A stretch of 57,188 nt of DNA, the filler included, from Porpidia crustulata (taxonomy: Eukaryota), in the NCBI GenBank assembly GCA_964255105.1. It is 3 parts of 3 records of this genome, joined end to end, with 100 filler letters (N's around TTAATTAATTAA, not from the genome) between each part and the next. Parts side by side here need not be neighbours in the genome. Positions count along the whole stretch, not along the records: positions 38,212 to 57,188 come from CAXUWE010000155.1; 2 more parts are not named here. One strand, given 5' to 3'. The position numbers were made by a program, and so were the translations under genes. Positions 53,340-57,188 of this stretch are shown piece after piece; the stretch's first letter is position 1; each line of letters opens with the position of its first letter. Below the pieces are notes generated by a model. The model saw only the letters and a program-made list of their open reading frames with translations. It did not search any database and had not been told where the DNA came from.

Positions 53340-54300
53340 TACTATTCTTTATACTATCCTAATCCCAATCATAATATCGAGTTCAGCCCACCCAAGTCCA
53401 TCCCAACACCATACCAAAACTAAACCCAGCACATCCCGAATCCAGACCCAATTCGTCCCAAGTCCATCCTAAGTCCATTCTAATACCAAGTCCAGCCTAT
53501 TCCAAGTCCATCCCAAACCCAAGTCTATCCCAATCTAAATACCAATCTCATCTCAATCCACCGTGTTATCAGACCAATACCAACTCCATCTCAATATCAT
53601 CCCATTCCCTTTCTTAACTCCATCTCAAGTCCATTCCATCCCGATTTCAAATTCAAGTCTATTCCAAGTTCAGACTCAATCTCATTCCATCCCATCCCAA
53701 TATCAAACCCAACCCGAACCCGTTCGTATTTGTGAACCCTTAGTTGAGATAAGTTTGATGGAGGATTCAGGGGGGTGGTGGTGGTGCTGTGTGCTGCCGG
53801 AAAGGGAGACTTACCATCAGTTCACTATATTACCATCCCAATACCAAACCTAGTCAAACCCAGCTAAATCCAAGTCTATCCCAATATTATCCCAATATCA
53901 TATCATTCGCACTTGTGAATTCCTAGTCGAGATGCGTATTATCAACAACCCGAAAAGCTATCGATAAGCTTATATACTGTGATAAAGAAAGACTTACAAT
54001 CAGTCCACCATACTACCATCTCAATATTGAATTCAAGTTCAGCCAAACCCAAGTCCATCCTGATTCAAGACCCAAATCAGCCCGATGCCATCCCAAGATC
54101 ATTATCCCAACCCCATTCCAAGACCCATCCCAAGTCCAGCCAAACCCATCCCGAAAAGAAAATAAATGAAAAGCACGCTCTTGGGTACATGGTCTTATGC
54201 GAATGTGAGAATGAAACCGCCACTATTCCATTCCAATCCCTATTCCATCCAAGCCCATCCAAATCCATCCTGATTCCAGACCCGTCCCTTCCAACCCCTC
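53340..54300. repeat. Degenerate C/A-rich minisatellite (CCAAGTCCATC-like unit) with a ~183-bp higher-order duplication
   Basis: More than 10 variants of ccaagtccatc (e.g. ~53392, 53458, 53503, 53869, 54049); longer blocks repeat at 53723/53906 and 53807/53990. Confidence 0.75.
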
Positions 54301-54385
54301 GACGCGAAAACAACCGATCGATATTCGTGATAAAGGTACGGCACTAAAATAAAAGGGAGTTAATATCAAAATATTTGAAGCATAG

Positions 54386-55707
54386 AAAAAAGGTAAGTTA
54401 TTTGAGAAAGAAAGGGACACTGGGAAGGATAAACTCAGCTTTGGATGCAATTTGGGCAACCGTGAACCGCAGCATCAGAAGTGTAGATAGGAGACCTGTC
54501 AACCGCTGTACCAGAAAAACCAAACAAAGCCAATCGAGGGAAGGCGGCAGGAAGAAGGCTGATGAAGCATTGTCGGGAATTGAAAGGAGGTTCGAATGCA
54601 GGGTTAGGGATATGGTGGACGTGTATCGTCAAAGGAGTAAGGAGAAGGATTTATTGAGAAGAAAGCAACAGGATCAAGGATTGAGATTCGAGATTTATCA
54701 GTCGGTCACAAAGATTCATGTAATGAGGGAAAGAAGTCCAGATATGTTATATTCCACCTCGTCAAGGTTTCTATGTAGATAAAGAGTAGAAGTACGCTGG
54801 ACTCGACGACCTTGGGAATAAAAATTAGTGAAAAGACTGCGGAGCTGGATTAATATTTGTGGGTTAGATGGAGAATATCAGGAACAGCAGCGTTACCTGG
54901 AGAAGGCCGAGAATAAAGGGCGAAGTTGAAGCAAGCTAGGAGGCGGCGAGAAGAAGGGTGAGGATGAGGTGTGAGGATCGTGAAGCCGAAAGGAGGTCTG
55001 ATTGTAGATGTTGGAGGCGATGAGAAAACGAAGACTTGGAAGCGAAGCCGATTTCAGGCCGAAGATATCGGCGTGGATTGATCCAGATTAGAATCGAGGT
55101 GGAAAGGTGCAAAGGTGAAGATATATTACTAGAGAGAAATATCCTAGGGACGGGAAGGTATTGAAGTTGAGGATTCTGGAAGTAGGTGAGGAGGTTCAGA
55201 GTGGGCGGAGGATTTCCTGGGTCAAAAGGGCAAAGGAATGTTGAGGTATGCGAGGGGGGTCGTAGGTAGAGCGACGAGGAAGGCGGCGGTGAGGCGAGGA
55301 TTTGATAGATCGAGCGACAAGGGAGCCGGTGAGGAGAAGGCGACAATCCAGTTAAAAATCCAGAGATCGAGCAAGAAAAAGGGCATTGAGAAGAAGGATT
55401 CCGGAATTGAGGCGAGGAGGGGCGCGTCGAAATGGAGCATCGAGATAGTGAGAAGGTGGAGGATTCAGTAGGTTGGTCGACGAGGATGACGATAAGGAGG
55501 CCATCAGGAAGGCGATAAGAAGGCCAATGAGGAGGATAAGTAGATGAGGAGGGCGACGATTGCGATGCTCGGAGCGATGAGGATGATGAGGAGGATAAAG
55601 AGGACGAGGGAGTTAACATAACGCTACTTGAACTGTACATAAAAGGTAAGTTGTATAGAAAGAAAGGGACATAGGAAAGGGTAGCTCAGCTTTGGACGCA
55701 ATGTGGG
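54386..55707. repeat. Dispersed ~70-bp direct repeat, 2 copies
   Basis: aaaaggtaagtt..agaaagaaagggaca..ctcagctttgga(t/c)gcaat(t/g)tggg at ~54388-54455 and ~55641-55707. Confidence 0.75.
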
Positions 55708-56029
55708 AAATATTGAGCAGTAGAATCGGGAAAGATAGACGGAATAATAGGTAGAGCAAAGAGGGTGGTGGTGAGGTAAAGATAGAACAGGTTGAACGAC
55801 AAGGAAGGCGGTGAGGAGGAGGGCGAAAATGCGGTAAGAACTCAAGAGGTAGAGTAATACGAAGAGCGGTGAGGAGAAGAACTTGATAGGTTGACCACGG
55901 AGTGCGGTGGTGAGGAGGAGACTTCGTGAATACAGTGTGAAGAGCGGATTGTGTGACAAGAATTCCAGAGGTAAAGGAACGAGGAGGGCGTTAAGAAGGA
56001 TCCCGGAGTTGGAGCAAGGAGGAGGGCGG

Positions 56030-57188
56030 TAGTGAGGAAGATGATTAGGTGAAGCATCAGGATGATGATAAGGTGGAGGATTCCATGGGCTAGGCGATGA
56101 GGATGGTGAGGAGTAAGGTAGAGAGAGTGATGAGGAAGGTGATGAGAAGGCGACAAGGAGAGCGACGAGGGAGATCGGAAGACCGATGAGGAGACCGATG
56201 AGGGCCATGCGGAAGATGAGGGGGGCGATGAGGTGGAGCTGCAGGAAAAAGGTGAGGTGAAGTATCAGGACGGTGATAAGGTAGAGGACTCCATAGGCTG
56301 AGCGAGGAGGCCGATGAGGAGGAGATGGGCGACGAGGATGACGATAAGGGCGATGAGGAGGGAGGTAAGGAGGACCTTGTTAGGACAAAGAGAACGATCC
56401 GGAAAGCGATGAGGAAGCTATGGGGGCCGAAGTGGACGGCGATGAGGAGGGCCACAAGGGAGGCAATAAGGCGGCGAGGAGGAGAGCGACGAAGGGCCGA
56501 TGAGGAGAGCGAGGAAGACGATGAGGTGGGCCTTGAGAAGGATAATGGTGAGAAGAGGACTCCGTTAGAGCGATGGGAAGGCGAGGCGGTCGATGAGGTG
56601 AAGCATCATGATGATGATAAGATGTAGGATTCCATAGGTTGGACGAGGAGGAAGGCGATGAGGAAGGTCGTGAGGACGATCAGGGAGGCCATGAGGAAGG
56701 CGAGGAGGAAGGCGAGGAGGAAGGCNNNNNNNNNNTAGTGCTATTAGGAGTTTTGTAAGGAGTAGCTTGTTAGGACAAATATATCGATCCGGAATGCGAT
56801 GTGGAAGCTTTGGGGGCCGATGAGGAGGGCCATTAGGAGGGCCATGAAGGAGGCAATGAGGCGGCGAGGAGGAGAGCGATGATGGGAGCGACGAGAGGAG
56901 CAAGGAAGACGATGAGGAAGGCCTCGAGGAGGGTAAATATGAGAAGAGGACTTCGTTGGGGCGATGAGGAGGCTAGGGGGCCGATGAGGTGGAGCATCAT
57001 GATGATGGTAAGGAGGAGGATTCCATAGCTTGGGCGAGGAGGATAGCCATAAGAAGGCGATGAGGAAGGCGAGGTGAAAGGCGAGGTGAAAGGCGAGGTG
57101 AAAGGCGAGGTGGGGGTAGATGAGGAGAGCGAGGAGGGGGGGGAGCGGGTGGAGGAGAAGCGTCAGGATGGGGGTGAGGTGGGTGTTG
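56030..57188. repeat. Purine-rich degenerate tandem repeat (units up to ~390 bp), runs off the window end
   Basis: Block aggtg(a/g)ag(c/t)atca..taag..ga(t/c)tccat at 56047, 56255, 56596, 56987; ttgttaggacaaa..cgatccggaa..tgggggccga at 56377 and 56767; contains a 10-N gap at 56726-56735. Confidence 0.8.

Noticed and set aside
54375..56903. Many 65-234-aa ORFs in the repeat tract as real genes
   Set aside because: Low-complexity translations in several overlapping frames, expected from purine skew that depletes stop codons.
53340..57188. CRISPR array or telomeric repeat
   Set aside because: Eukaryotic context; repeats are degenerate with no unique spacers, and there is no tandem TTAGGG/CCCTAA run.

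Overview
This is eukaryotic DNA from a filamentous ascomycete (Pezizomycotina-type): genes carry short GT-AG introns with CTRAY branch points, so the six-frame ORFs are mostly exon fragments and I rebuilt spliced models by eye. The centre (about 11-48 kb) is a housekeeping block: high-affinity sugar porter, SPG1/TEM1 GTPase, RRB1, PGK, an Mpv17/PMP22 protein, TRS65, PRP40, RLI1, CHD1, an FWD1-type F-box/WD40 gene, CDC24 and PSF3. The left flank holds a HeLo-like/NB-ARC/TPR NLR-type immune receptor, a CYP52-like P450 and a secreted spherulin-4/GH135 protein. The right flank holds a small orphan gene with a cold-shock/OB-like domain and the most unusual gene here: a 3-exon, ~537-aa protein fusing a HeLo-like N-terminus, an LMW-PTP/ArsC-fold domain whose catalytic Cys is replaced by Asp, and a KH domain. 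About 4.4 kb of strand-skewed degenerate repeat DNA ends the window. Two 100-bp N44-TTAATTAATTAA-N44 blocks are artificial contig linkers, so adjacency across them is unproven. I recognised no rRNA, tRNA, CRISPR or intact transposase. All domain calls come from motif recognition, not database searches.
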